NCBI RefSeq assembly: GCF_009914755.1
Contig: NC_060927.1
DNA from: the human T2T-CHM13v2.0 reference genome, Homo sapiens
Length of the DNA: 64,000 nucleotides
Reading direction: 5' to 3' (one strand)
Shown here: piece by piece, positions 11,685-40,478 of the stretch
Layout: the number at the start of each line of letters is the position of its first letter
Position numbering within the stretch: the first letter of the stretch is position 1
Notes under the pieces: generated by a model
What the model was told of the DNA's origin: nothing
Database searches by the model: none
What the model saw: only the letters and a program-made list of their open reading frames with translations
Position numbers and translations under genes: made by a program

Positions 11685-14521
11685 TCGCTTTTTTTTTAAG
11701 TTACCAGCTTATTCTTTATGCTCCACTTATGCTACTTTGCAACTGCTCACTTGCTTCTTTTATTTGGCATATAGTAGGTCCATATTAAATTATTTTTAAA
11801 ATCTATGTTGTTTGGAAAATATTTCAGTATTTCCCAAAAGTTAATCAACCATAGGTCTTCTAGCCTTCCTCTACCTTTCCTTTCTCTAGCAGTTAGGTCA
11901 CTAGGAAGACTGGCAAGAGTATAGGTTAAGAGATTCAGTTCTGCTTAATGATGTCACATGGAGATGACCAGAATTAGCTCTTTTAGAACATGTTTCTGTC
12001 TGCCCACTCAATTCAGCACTGACTGGAGCTGTCTTCTAACTTAATTGAATTTCCAGTGATAGCATAAAAGGGTGGGTTTTTTTTATTTTAGTGAGAAAAT
12101 TTTTAAAGAGTTAAAATAGAAATGAGCCAGGAAGGCTTCAAACCTCCTCATGTAACCTCATGGCCATTTCTGAGCTAGTATAAACAAAACATTTTGTGTG
12201 AAGTAGTGTTTACCTCTAAATTTCATCTTATTTCCTGGAGACATGGGTCATTATAGTGTAACTCTGGATACTTGCAAGATTTGATAATAATAAACATTCA
12301 CGTTGAAGAAGGAATAAACAATCAGCAAACAAAGCCATCAACTCCCTATCACAGAGTTTGTCATCTTACTTGCCTACATAGTATCTCATGATTTAGAACA
12401 CACTATTGAATATTGAAGAGATTTTGCTATGTTGTGAAATATAAACTTAGCCTTAAAACAAAAGGTACAAAGCAAGCTTTCTCACATCTGGAAATATATG
12501 ATCAATATGAATCTTTCAAAAACATGGCTATGAGGAATGCAAATAAAATTTTTTAATTCTCTGCATGATATCAAGAGACAGTCAGACATGTTCTTATATA
12601 GTTACAGAATCTCCAGGTCAGGTTCTAAGAAGGGATTTTTTAAAACAAAACAAAACTCCTAAGAAATAAGCAGTGTTGCTGCACACTGTGCCACAGTTTG
12701 GTCACTGTTCTCCTGCTGCTTTTGTCTTGGATATGCACTTTGGCAGGTAACGCCCCACCTAGCTCTCACATCCAGTTCAACTCAGCACATGGAAAAAACA
12801 CCCCTGAGGGCTTGTAAAAGCCCAGCCCTGGAATGGACAGGTGCCAGACATGGCTATTACTAATCCATGACATGTGAGACCACACACTGGGCTTTTGCAT
12901 GGCTATGCCCTCTGCCTGAAAGCTCCCACCCTCCCTCCGCTGGCCACAATCTCCACTAAATTCCTTGGGAAAGCTTTCCTGGGATTCTGACTGGGCTACC
13001 CCTGCTTTAATATGTTCTAGCATTTGAATTGGCTTATGTGATCGTCTGGTTGATGTCCATCTCCTTCATGAACTTAAACTCCAGGAGAGCAGTATTCCCA
13101 GTGCCAAGCACAGTGCCTGAAATTTAGAGACTCTCAAATGTTGGTTAAACAAACAAAAAAAATGTATGCAGGGAGTATCAAGAGAGGACTATGTGAAGGT
13201 TTTTAGAGATCAGGTCATGGAATGTGAAGGGGCCTTAACCTTGAACCACAGTGTAAAGTGGGAGAGAGAGGGGTAGATTTAATTTATCTAGGAACTACAT
13301 AGTTCTCTAAAAGACTTTAACTCTGACTTCTACATAATGAGTGAGGTCCCATAGTAAAGGGGTCATTATCCCAATAACCTGTCAAGTTGGTTCAGACCCT
13401 CAAGTGAAAGTCTAAAGAAAATTCAGCTGGAGACCAATAGGAGCGAAATAACTTTGTGCTCCCTGGGGAAAGAGACTAGGAGACTAGGTATCATTGATCT
13501 TTTTGTTCCCCACACTTGGCATGTATTCAGCCCTCAATGTACTCCACAGCACTGTGTGTGAGAAGGGTAAAGCAACATAGATGTCTAAGTTGGGGCAGAG
13601 ACATAGTCACACAAGGATTAAGGCAGCATGCATCCCTGAGGCATGTTTCTCCCCCAACAAGGTCCCTAAATAACATAATAGGTAGAATCAAATGAGTGAG
13701 TTCTCCTTCTCCTGCAGTAACCCTTGAGAAATGATTTATGTCACATTATTTTCTGACCTCCAGAAGAGAACATTTAATCAGTCATTTTAATATAAATGAA
13801 ATTCCCAATCAAGTTATACTTCATCAGGATTCCTGTGATTCCTGCCAGAATTAAATCACATGTCCTGGTCAGTGCCAGCACCCAGTGTGGGCAACCAGGC
13901 TGGCATAGGAAAGTGTCTGTTGCTTGCAGGTAAGATATATTTTTAAAGGCTGCTGGCAGTTGCTTATTAGACTGAGATTTCTAGGTAGTGGTCATGTAGT
14001 TTACAAATAAATATTAAGTTCTTTGATGTTTATTTCCTAGATCTTTTTCATCATCCTCATTATGACAATTGTTATCATAGCACCACTGTTAAGAACAATT
14101 CCTTTGAATTTACTTACCAAGTCTCTCAGCAAATACTTTTGGAGGTTAATTCTCAGCATGAGAGAGAGAAGGTAGGGGAGGAAGGAGGAAAGAACCATCT
14201 TTATTCATTAGGAAGAGCCTATCATATCTCTCAGTATCTCACAGTGTTCAAATTACTTATACCTAATTTATTTATTTTCTTCTATATAATTTTTACCTTG
14301 TCTTGTCCCAAAAGGAATATGAGTAACTTTAAAAATACATAACAATACAGAATTTTGAAAAGAGGTAACTGAAGGAATTGCTGCAGAGAGAACAAAAGCA
14401 AAGTCTTCTTAATGACAGAAATAAAATTATAAATCACTTGGTGATCCATAGGTTTGTAAAATGGTATAACAAGGCAGTTGTCCAGAAGCACAGCCGCTCT
14501 TAATGCAGAGACTGCCTGGGC

Positions 14522-14540
14522 CCTCCTCTAGAGGGCGTGG
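14522..14540 (+). promoter_or_regulatory. Candidate CTCF site CCTCCTCTAGAGGGCGTGG
   Basis: Core CCTCTAGAGGGCG fits the CCWCYAGRKGGCR consensus; lies in non-repeat sequence with a retained CpG. Confidence 0.55.
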
Positions 14541-16564
14541 TGGAGCACAGTCCCAGGGACTTTCTCACTGCAAGTGAACAATGGCGACCCCTCCCCGCAT
14601 CGTATTAGACTGTCATCTAGTGTCAGCCAATGGGAAAATCCTCAGTACTATATAAGAGCAATTCCACAGTGACTAGGAATGTAGTTCCAATACTCAGTTC
14701 AAAGCAATCTACAAAAGCATCATATATGCTTTAGGTAGTCAATCTTGTGCAATTTTTCTATTAATACAGCCTTTGATGAATGGTGGGAGGCAGTGAGCTA
14801 GAAGTTACAATTACCGCACAAGAATCTGGTACTGATGGCTCAGTGGGATGGCAGAGGAGAAGAATTGTAGGTGATTCTGCCAGTGAGAAGTTATTACCCT
14901 ACCACAAAGCTAATGCCCCAGCCTACTATCACACTCTGTATTTCTGACTATTAGCCCTTTTCTAGTGCAACACTTTGGAATGTAGTTCTTGACTTGGGCC
15001 AGGCCTGGGGAAGAAAGAATTAGTTACCTTAGATCAACTTTCTTCCAGAAAGACCAAGGTAAATGGGGTAATTGTGGAACTCCTCAGGAGATTCAAGTGG
15101 CCTATAGTTAGAATATGCTTGTATTATCAACATCTGCTAAACTGCAAGTGACCTATTTTACAGATTCTAAGACATACTTTTTAGCATTTACTACATGTCA
15201 GGCACTCTTCTAAGTATTTTATATGTATGACTCTTTTAATCATGAAGCCACGGTGTGTAAGTATCTTTTTGTAGTTCATTGATAGGCTGCATTGCAAAAA
15301 AAGGTTATCATTGATGACCTCTGGATGTGAACTACTTATAAATGCATTAACCACAATGCCAACTTATTCATTTGATTTGATTGCCCATGTTCTCTATTTA
15401 AGGCATGTCCTTTCACATAACTGAGGTACCAGGAAAGCTGGCTGCCATTCACTACCAACTAAAGCTTGAGGATGAATGAACATACTGGCTATCATACTGT
15501 AATGATATTTTATAGGATACTTTACACAATTATACAGCATTCTTTTTATGAAGATCTGGGGAAAAGTTTCTTTTTAATCACAACAAAAAGAATAACTATT
15601 TCTCTAGCTATTCATAATAATACTGTTTTTATCTTATTATATTCATCAAGCACATAACCTATACTCTTTATTTCTTAGCACTTCCTACCAGAAAGGTCAG
15701 ACCAAATGTGGGGCCCACATCTACTAATAGCATAAGACATCAGGAAATGCACTTTGTCCACTATCCCTGTTTAGGTTTCAACAGGACTCAACATAATTTT
15801 TCTACTGTATTTTCCTTGTTCCTATTTTGCCTTTCTGCTTTTATCTTCTTGTATTGCACATTGATATAAACCACCTTAAATACATTTTGGACCAAAAGAG
15901 AAATGCACACAAAATGTATTTAAAATTTTTATTTCCAAGAGATATAAACCTGATTTCAATGGACTGTTGTTGGATATTCTTCTTTAATCTACCTTGCTTT
16001 ATATAATAGTTCTAAAATATAGAGCTATTTTCAAATGAATATGAATCAGTCTTTCATTTTGGGGGAGTGAGGGGGAAGGAAGAGAATGTAACAATTATGG
16101 AGTATAAAGATGGAGAAATGACTTTGCAAACTAACAATTGAAGTAAATATGAAACCATATTTAGCATGTGAAGATACGGTTTTCACAGTAGTATTTGTGA
16201 AAATTCACTATAAGGTAAGTTTCATGAGAGCAGGGACCCTGTCTTCATTGTTTATTACTATATCCCCAGCGTGCAGAATAGAGTCTGGCATACAGTAGAC
16301 ACTGAAATAATATATTTTGAAAGTATGAATATAATACATTTAGAATTAGGAAACCGGGTTAATAGCAAAGAAATGATATTGGATATTGATTATTTAACCA
16401 CAAGCATATTCCTTTTGGATTCGGTTTCATCATTTATAAAATGAGGCTGTTCACTAAGATTCTTTCCAACTCTAATATTCCAGGCTCTTGTTAAATGTAG
16501 TGGCACAGTTAAACATACGAATGTAAATACATATAATAATTTGGGAATTTTATTTTCAAAATAG

Positions 16565-16633
16565 GATATCCAGCTACATCTTCAGTGACCCTTGTAGATG
16601 TGAGTGCCTTGAGGCCAAACACCACTCCTCAAC
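16565..16633 (+). CDS. CD96: CD96 stalk exon A (69 nt, phase 1-1): (R)YPATSSVTLVDVSALRPNTTPQ(P)
   Basis: aaatag| acceptor and |gtgagt donor; translation matches the recalled CD96 stalk and splices in frame to the next exon. Confidence 0.95.
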
Positions 16634-17143
16634 GTGAGTTCAGCAAAGTTTTCCTACATGATTGGAAAGAGACAACACACTCACAAGTTTTACTACTGCT
16701 TCTATAATGTTGACGTTTCAGCAAACAGCTGTATTTTTCATTTGATGTTTGTTAATATCTTGGTTTTGGGTTACTCTGCGGTGACTATATATTGATATGA
16801 CAATTTCTATAATCTTAAAAAATAAGGGCTGGTGATTTATTATATTGTATCTTTTATTTGTCAAGGGATTTTAAGGTAATATTAAAGTAGTCTTCACAAT
16901 ACTCTCAGTGATCTGAGTTTGTGACAAGAACAGAAAAAGAACACAAATCAGTGACAAGCTGGCATTAAACATAAACTACAGAGCTTTTGCTTAATATGCC
17001 AGCTAGTGTTCCTGCATAGGGAAGCACATTTTCAATTTCAGATTTCCCCAAAGTCACATAGATTAAAAATTCTGTGCATCAAAGCAAAGTTAAATTACAG
17101 CTTTCGAAAAAAGCTGGATTCTGAAAATAATTTTGTCTTTCAG

Positions 17144-17215
17144 CCAGCAATTCCAGTATGACTACCCGAGGCTTCAACTATCCCTGGACCTCCAGTGGGA
17201 CAGATACCAAAAAAT
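17144..17215 (+). CDS. CD96: CD96 stalk exon B (72 nt, phase 1-1): (P)SNSSMTTRGFNYPWTSSGTDTKK(S)
   Basis: ttttgtctttcag| acceptor; atypical donor AAT|gttaagt; translation matches CD96. Confidence 0.93.
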
Positions 17216-18199
17216 GTTAAGTATAATCGTGGGTCCCTTGAGTCCTCTGGACTTCAGTCATTCATCCGACAGATATATTGAACGACATCTATGTGCTTTG
17301 TTTGTAATAATATTTGCAAATGTTCACAAAGCATCTATCATGTTTAAAGTATTGTTGTAGATTCTGAGACTACACCCATGGACAAAAGAGATCTAAGCTC
17401 CAAATTCTGATTAAGGGGAGACAGACAAGTGGTGATAAGTTATATGAAAAAAAGGCACAGGAGGGAGACAGTGGGAATCGAGAGTGAAGGGTTGCCATTT
17501 TAAATGGGCAGTCTTGAAAGGTCTTACTGAGGAAGGTGACATCTGAGCAATGCTATAACCAGTCAACCCGAAAGAGCAAGCTGTGAATATATTTGGGGAA
17601 AGAGCAAACTAGCTAGAAAATGCGTATCAGTAATAAAAATGAAAAGAGAGAGACCAACGTGAGTCCAGAAATTGTTTCATTCTTCCTTTTAATCTGGCCA
17701 ACTAGCAGTAGAGTCTGTAGGTGCTGCTTTAGCAGATACAGACAGGATCTGAAGAAGAAATATATTGCCTCTTAGTGGTATTAGACAACGATCAGTGTGG
17801 TGGGGAAGTGGTAAGGAAGGAGGCTGGAGCAAAAGGAGAGAGGACGATGGATGCCACAGGGCCAGAACTCTGAATTTAAATGCTAGACTCTTTGCCACAA
17901 AGCGTAATGTGTATGTCCCTTTGGAAAGCATTTAAGTTTTACAGTTAAAACCTTTAAAAATATTTCATATACTCTTGCTCCCTCATTCCTGGGAACTTGT
18001 CCTTAGGCAAGAAAGAGAGAAAAAGAACATGAATAGGACTGCTCTTTGTAGCATTGTTTATTTATTTTATCTTTTTGATGGCCCTCAGGCTCACAGATTT
18101 GAATTAATCATAATATTTAATTCATGAGACACTTTCATCATTGGTCGATGCATGACCCTCTGTAATTTAACATATTTCTTTTAATAAATATGTTAATGT

Positions 18200-19800
<1,601 letters not shown>

Positions 19801-19929
19801 ATGAGACAGGGAGAAAACATGTATAAATCTGTGTACATGAGTAGGAGTGAGAGGGTATTAAGAGGGTGAAAAATATGTTCAGTAATAAGAAATGGCAAAT
19901 AGGATGAGATAACTCAATGAAATACTATG

Positions 19930-25709
<5,780 letters not shown>

Positions 25710-26357
25710 GAATTTTCTCCATGTCAGCAGTGTTATCATTTATGTGTTCACTGAGGTGGCACTTTTAGTTGCCTTCAATAACTTTTTCTTTGCATTCACA
25801 ACTTGGCTAACAATTTGGCCCAAAAGGCCTAGCTTTGAGCCCATCTCAGCTTTTGACGTACCTTCCTCACTAAGCTTAATTATTTCTAGCATTTGATTTA
25901 AAGTGAGAAAAGTGCTTCTCTTCCTTTCCTTTGAATACTTAGAGGCTGTTTTAGGATTATTAATTGGCCTAATTTCAATATTGTTTTGTCTCAGATTAAA
26001 AAAAAAAGGCCCAAGGAGAGGAAGAGGGATGGGGGAACCACCAGCAAGTGAAGCAGTTAGAACACACACAACATTTATCAATTAAGTTCTCCATCTTCTA
26101 CGGGTGCAGTTTGTGATGCCTCAAAATAATTTCAATGGTAACATTTAAGATCCCTGATCACAGATTACCATAGTAGATATAACAATAATATGAAAGTTTG
26201 GAATATTGCAAGAATTACCAAAATGTGGCACAAAGACATGAATTGAGCACATGCTGTTGGAAAAAAAATGGCACCTATAGACTTGCTTGACACAGGGTTG
26301 CCACAAAGCTACAATTTGTAAAAAAATAAAAATAAAAAAAACAAATGCAGTATCTGT
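25710..26357 (-). mobile_element. Tigger1 (TcMar) 5' fragment with the transposase N-terminus
   Basis: Minus-strand [56 protein letters not shown] resembles the Tigger1/TIGD1 HTH region. Confidence 0.88.
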
Positions 26358-26485
26358 GTCTGTGATACAGATACATGGTCAGGCACGCCTGCACCAATTT
26401 CTGGGGGCTTCATGGGTTTCCCCATGGTTAAGGCATAAGCCCCATACTTCCAAAGCTTGTGAATGTCATCTTTGTCAGCAAGAGT

Positions 26486-28522
<2,037 letters not shown>

Positions 28523-30009
28523 ATTTTTAAATACCCATTTTCCTTAAATGGATTGTGCTTATTCAGCCATTTAGACTTTAGCGTAAATTAATTTATCCCA
28601 TCCTTTCTTGCAAACATACTTTGATGAGATACAAAATAAAGACATCAAGGTCAGAAAGTAAGAAAGGAGTCACCATACCATATTGAGCAAAAAACTACAA
28701 GGTTATTCAGAACAAACTTCCTTCTTCATAATTTTACCTAAATCTAGGCCTAGTCCCAATTGTTTTTCAGTTAGTTATTGCTCTTTGGAAATCAAATTCC
28801 GGCGAATGGCATAATCATTAAAAAATTCTTAGTCCATCATCATCAATAGACCTTGATATTCTGTCTAGAACAAAAATTAATATGCAGTATCAGAGAGTTA
28901 TATTGAAAATAAGAACAGCTCCCTGAACTCAGACTGAAAAAAAGCTGTGTATGAAACCACTCTTACTTCTCAGGTGACCCCAAATGGAAATAGCTATGAC
29001 AAATTGTCCTGTAATCAAGCCCTAAAGAATGGACTCTTACCTCTTCTGGAGGGCCTGATCACACACCTTTGTCAGCAACTGCAGCTGCTGTTGACATCTA
29101 AGAAGAAACAAGGAAAGCGGAGGGCTGAGGGTATTGTTTGTTTTATTTTGATTTTGCTCACTTGATTTGGTCTTGGCACACAAGAAAGCTTTTAACTATG
29201 AACATCATTTATGCTAATATTTTAAATGAATGGATGTAATATATTTGTACTGATTACAACCGTGTATTACTATAGTTATTTTACTTTACATTGCACTGCA
29301 GGCCTTTTATCAAATACAGATATGTGGTGTCTGCCAAGGAGTGACTCTTTCTTGCCAGAGATGGGGCAATAAACAAAATGAGTTGTTAGATCTATTTCAA
29401 AAGCCATATGTGCTGTCTGAGTTTGCTGCCATCCACTCAAGGGGAAGGTTTGTCTCTAAATGCTTCAAAAGGACTCACTCAGCAGCTGACAAGGCCTGTG
29501 ACCCCAGGGGTCTGATAATTCACTGCTGACATGTTTTGTTTTCACAGTTCAGCAAGACTGTCAGCTGACCCACAAGTACAAAGTGTTTTCGTCCCCTATG
29601 CATGTTCTAGCAAGGTCTTCAAAGTCCTATTGGCAGCTTTTCTTGACTAAACGCCGCCATAACACACCTGGACCTTCATTCTCTTCCATTTTTTTTTTGG
29701 CTCATCTATGGAATGAGCATGACACACTCTGGCTAGAGGAACCCCTTCTAGTGTTTTCTTTCCATATCTTTTCCTGCTTCTAAGTGGCCATAATTAAAAC
29801 CTTCCCCATTATAGACATCTGAACCACAAGAATCCCTTCAACTCCCACTTTGTTTGAGGACATTCTTGTGTATGCTATGGAACAGTTTAATGATTTTGCT
29901 TTATGTACTCATTAATATCCTTTTTTATAATTATTAGATTAAATTAGCAGTCAAGAAGTGGTAATATAGTCTCATATAGGTTAACTCTTCTGATATCTTC
30001 TTCCTTTAG

Positions 30010-30075
30010 CAGTTTCACGGATACCTAGTGAAACATACAGTTCATCCCCCTCAGGTGCGGGCTCAACACTTCATG
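30010..30075 (+). CDS. CD96: CD96 stalk exon C (66 nt, phase 1-1): (S)VSRIPSETYSSSPSGAGSTLH(D)
   Basis: ttcttcctttag| acceptor (TAGCAG tandem) and |gtgagt donor; translation matches CD96. Confidence 0.94.
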
Positions 30076-30618
30076 GTGAGTACTTGGGGAAGATTTAGGG
30101 ACACTGAAGCTAGTGGTCAGCTTTATTTGGACACAGGTGTAAAAACAAGAACTGATAAGAAGCCAGCCTCAGATAGATATATAAAAGTACATCTTGATGA
30201 TGAAAATTACAATGAATGGAAACAAAATTCTTCTCAGCCATTCAAAGAAGATAGAGACCAAGCCTTAGATTTTTATACATTTTATTTCCAAAAAAATCTA
30301 CACAATAGCATTTTTTACTAGTTATATCTATGAAAAATAAATTTCAATTTTTTTATTGGAAAATAGAATAATTAGTCAACATGGATTTGTCTAGTCTAAT
30401 GTTGCAAATGAATTTTTATTAACCTTATCAAACACATCGGTGTGGAGAGAAATTAGTATTTTGATCAGCTGAACCTCTCATACCAAGAGAACAGGAACAG
30501 AGCCTCACTTATCCACGACCCCCAACTCTGGCCTTTTTCTGTACCACTTACATTTCTCATGGAGATTCTTTAGCAGACATCATTTTGTTGTTTGGAAGTA
30601 TGGAGCTTCTTTTTTTTT

Positions 30619-30688
30619 TTTTCAACCAATAGGAAATTTTCCTATTTTCAACCAACAGGAATTTTTTTTTCAACCAATAGGAAATTTT
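30619..30688. repeat. Triplicated ttcaaccaa(t/c)aggaa unit with a 9-bp inverted repeat
   Basis: aataggaaa-t-tttcctatt at 30628-30646; three copies of the unit seen directly. Confidence 0.85.
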
Positions 30689-30891
30689 ATTCCTTTGGCA
30701 ATTGTTAGACAAATCTCAGGATCCCAGCCTTGCTATAAATTGGTTCTTAATAAACTTTACACATAATATTTAAGGGATACTTAGACAATTTAAATTGAGT
30801 TCTTTCAAATAACATATGAAACCCAATCATGGTTTTATACCACTTGATCAAGTTGAGATGTCTTGTCCAGATATCCCCTTTATATCCCTAG

Positions 30892-30981
30892 ACAATGTCT
30901 TTACCAGCACAGCCAGAGCATTTTCAGAAGTCCCCACAACTGCCAATGGATCTACGAAAACTAATCACGTCCATATCACTG
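30892..30981 (+). CDS. CD96: CD96 stalk exon D (90 nt, phase 1-1): (D)NVFTSTARAFSEVPTTANGSTKTNHVHIT(G)
   Basis: atccctag| acceptor and |gtaagt donor; contained in ORF 30816..31091; includes an N-glycosylation sequon NGS. Confidence 0.95.
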
Positions 30982-31830
30982 GTAAGTCATTTATCCTATT
31001 TTGGGGGATTTTATGCTTTATTCACTCAATAAATATTTATCAAGTACCTGCCATTTGCCAGGCATTATGCCAGTTGTTGGATATACAGTGAACACACTGG
31101 CTTTTTGAAGATTATAATCTATTAGTGATCGATCATGTGTATAGTAAATAAATAATCACAACTAAATTTATTTTGACAAGTACTATGATAAGGTGTTGTC
31201 AGGGTCAAACAGGAAGTTCTGATTTTAATTGGAGGATAGGAGAGGACTCTGTGAGGATATACTTAAATTAATATCTGAGAAAAATAAATAAGAATTTATT
31301 CTTGTTGAATAAATTGAAAAGTAGCAAAAAGCATTTCAAGCCTATGAAAACATAGTCTGAGAAAGAAATCATTGGAACAAAGAGTACTCCTATAATTCAA
31401 CTAATATAATATTGTCATGCAAAATGTAATCCCTCTTTTATATCATAAGAGAGCAAAAGATTCAATAAAGTTAGGACCCTCCTAATGAAGGTCATGATTG
31501 TAAGTTCACAGGCATAATCAACTTCAGGGGTGTTCACTTGACTAGTGAATGCCACACCTAGGTACTCAGCTCATTTTGTGTCAAAGGTCATACAGTCTTC
31601 TGATCATTGGAGCATCATCTTGCACACGTCGTGGCAATAAAGCTGCAAACTGAGGCACTACAAAGATTTTAATATATTGGTGCCTTAAAGAGCTGTCTAG
31701 TTTAGAGATGGGTCAAAAATGGAGTTCTGTTTTTCCACTTCCATTGTGAAGGCAGTGGTCTCATTTTCTACACTTGGTTGGAAAAAAAAATATAGGCATT
31801 GATGTAAGACCTCTTTAAAATATTTTGTTT

Positions 31831-38349
<6,519 letters not shown>

Positions 38350-39261
38350 ACCTTTTGTTCTTTCCTTTATCTAAAACTTTGGACGTAAAATATTATATCC
38401 CACCATATTACCATGGTAGAGCTTAGTAAATTTTGACTTGTGTGAAACAGAACTTTGTCTAGTCCTGAGTTGACCAATTGTCTCTTTCATGATCATGCTA
38501 CTCTAGTGGTTTGAACTATGTAAACTTTCTAGTCATCTGTATATACAATGTGTCACATAATTATGTATTATTGGACTACATGGGTCTCCAGGGAACCCTC
38601 AGTTTCTACTTTGACAGGGGTGAGAATCAGGAAGACCTCGAATCCCTGGATGTATGTTGTATGAAAGGGAACTGTCTTCAACACTTCTAACCAATGCTAA
38701 CATGATAACATCACATGGTTTCAGTCCAGGCTATGTAAAAACACAGAAAAGATGTGATAACTAATATTACATCTAGTTCTTTGACCTGTATTTTTTGAGA
38801 TTTTGCTATATGAAAAGCAGTGTAATAAAAACGGGGCAATGAAATAAATTTAAATCCTTGTCTTCACTCACAAGCAGTTACTACCTAGCCGAGACAAGGA
38901 AAGAAAACCAATCCAGATAGCTTTTTGCCCAAATGATCCATGTAATCGAAATACCTAAAGACCTATCTATCATGTATAAGAAATTTCACTGGAGTATCAT
39001 TAGCAATAACAAAGTCTGGAAACAATTTAACCATCTAACATCGTGAGATAAATTAAATAAACTGGTATATCCATTGAACTATCCAGTCATCTAATAGAAT
39101 GAGGTAAATCTCTGTGTGGTGATATGGAAAGTGTTCCAAGAATGTTTTTTAAGAAAAAGAGGCCAGGTGTATGTCTTTTGGCCTCTTATTCTTAAAAAAA
39201 CATGTAAAATGTAAAATGTTAAAAATGTAAAATGATTTTTACCTTCTTAGGATACTTTAAA

Positions 39262-40060
39262 AGCTCAAAATCACTAATCACTAGAGAAATGCAAATTAAA
39301 ACCACGATAAGATACCATCTCACATAAGTTAGAATGGCTATTACTGAAAAGTAAAAAAAAAAAAAGAAGAAGAAACTGATGCAGGTGAGGATGTGGAGAA
39401 AAGGGAATGCTTATACACTGCCGGTGGGAATGTAAATTAGTTCAGCCATTGTGGAAAGCAGTTTGGCTATTGCTCAAAGAACTTAAAAAAAAAATTACTA
39501 TTTGATCCAGCAATCTCATTATATTGGATATATACCCAAAGGAATATAAATTGTTCTACCATAAAGACACATGGACACGTATGTTTATCACAGCACTATT
39601 CACAAAAGCAAAGACATGGAACTAACCTAAACACCCATCCGCAGTGACTGGATAAAGAAAACGTGGTACATATACACCATGGAATACTATGAAGCCATAA
39701 AAAGGAATGAGATAATATTCTTTGCAGCAGCATGGATGGAACTGGAGACCATTATCCTAAGCAAACTCACACAGGAATAGAAAACCATCTACAGCATGTT
39801 CTCACTATTAAGTGGGAACTAAACATCGAGTACATATGGACACAAAGACAAGAACAACAAACACTGAGGCCTACTGAAGGTTGAGAGGAGGGTAAAGATT
39901 AAAAAAAAAAAAAAAAAAAAACCCTACCTGTCAGGCACTGTTGATTACCTGGGTGACAAAATAATCTGTACACCAAAATCCCCACAGCACATAATTTACC
40001 TATATAACAAATTTGCACATGTACCCCTGAACCTAAAATAGTGAAAAAAAAGAAAAAGAA
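39262..40060 (+). mobile_element. 5'-truncated L1PA (L1PA16-like) 3' end
   Basis: ORF2 end plus 3'UTR ...ctgtacaccaaaatccc...cacatgtacccctgaacctaaaata and A-rich tail. Confidence 0.85.
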
Positions 40061-40354
40061 ATCATGGACAGAATAGTGTGTATAATATGCCCCCAACTGT
40101 AATAAAAAGGGTATATATTCATGGTACATATGTATGCTTATATATATCCACAGAAAATTTCTGGTAGGGTACGTAATTAACTCTTAAAAGTTATCACCTC
40201 ATGTAGGTAACAAGGCTTAGACATGCCCACCTCCAGAGTATGATCACAGCCAATGTTGAAGAAAATATGTTTCACGTAGGAAAAATGGTTTAATCCTGTT
40301 TTCCAAATGCCAAAGTTTGGGATTAAAGTTCATCTTTCTTTATGCCCTTTTCAG

Positions 40355-40478
40355 GTATTGTGGTCAATAAGCCCAAAGATGGAATGTCCTGGCCAGTGAT
40401 TGTAGCAGCTTTACTCTTTTGCTGCATGATATTGTTTGGTCTTGGAGTGAGAAAATGGTGTCAGTACCAAAAAGAAAT
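40355..40478 (+). CDS. CD96: CD96 transmembrane exon (124 nt, phase 1-2): (G)IVVNKPKDGMSWPVIVAALLFCCMILFGLGVRKWCQYQKE(I)
   Basis: cccttttcag| acceptor and |gtgagt donor; hydrophobic segment followed by RK stop-transfer residues. Confidence 0.97.

Noticed and set aside
17141-17147. CAGCCAG second acceptor at exon B
   Set aside because: A 4-nt shift would cause a frameshift, and nothing in the sequence supports its use
25740-26081. 113-aa minus-strand ORF as a domesticated TIGD-like gene
   Set aside because: Only the N-terminal HTH portion of a truncated Tigger1, with no DDE domain
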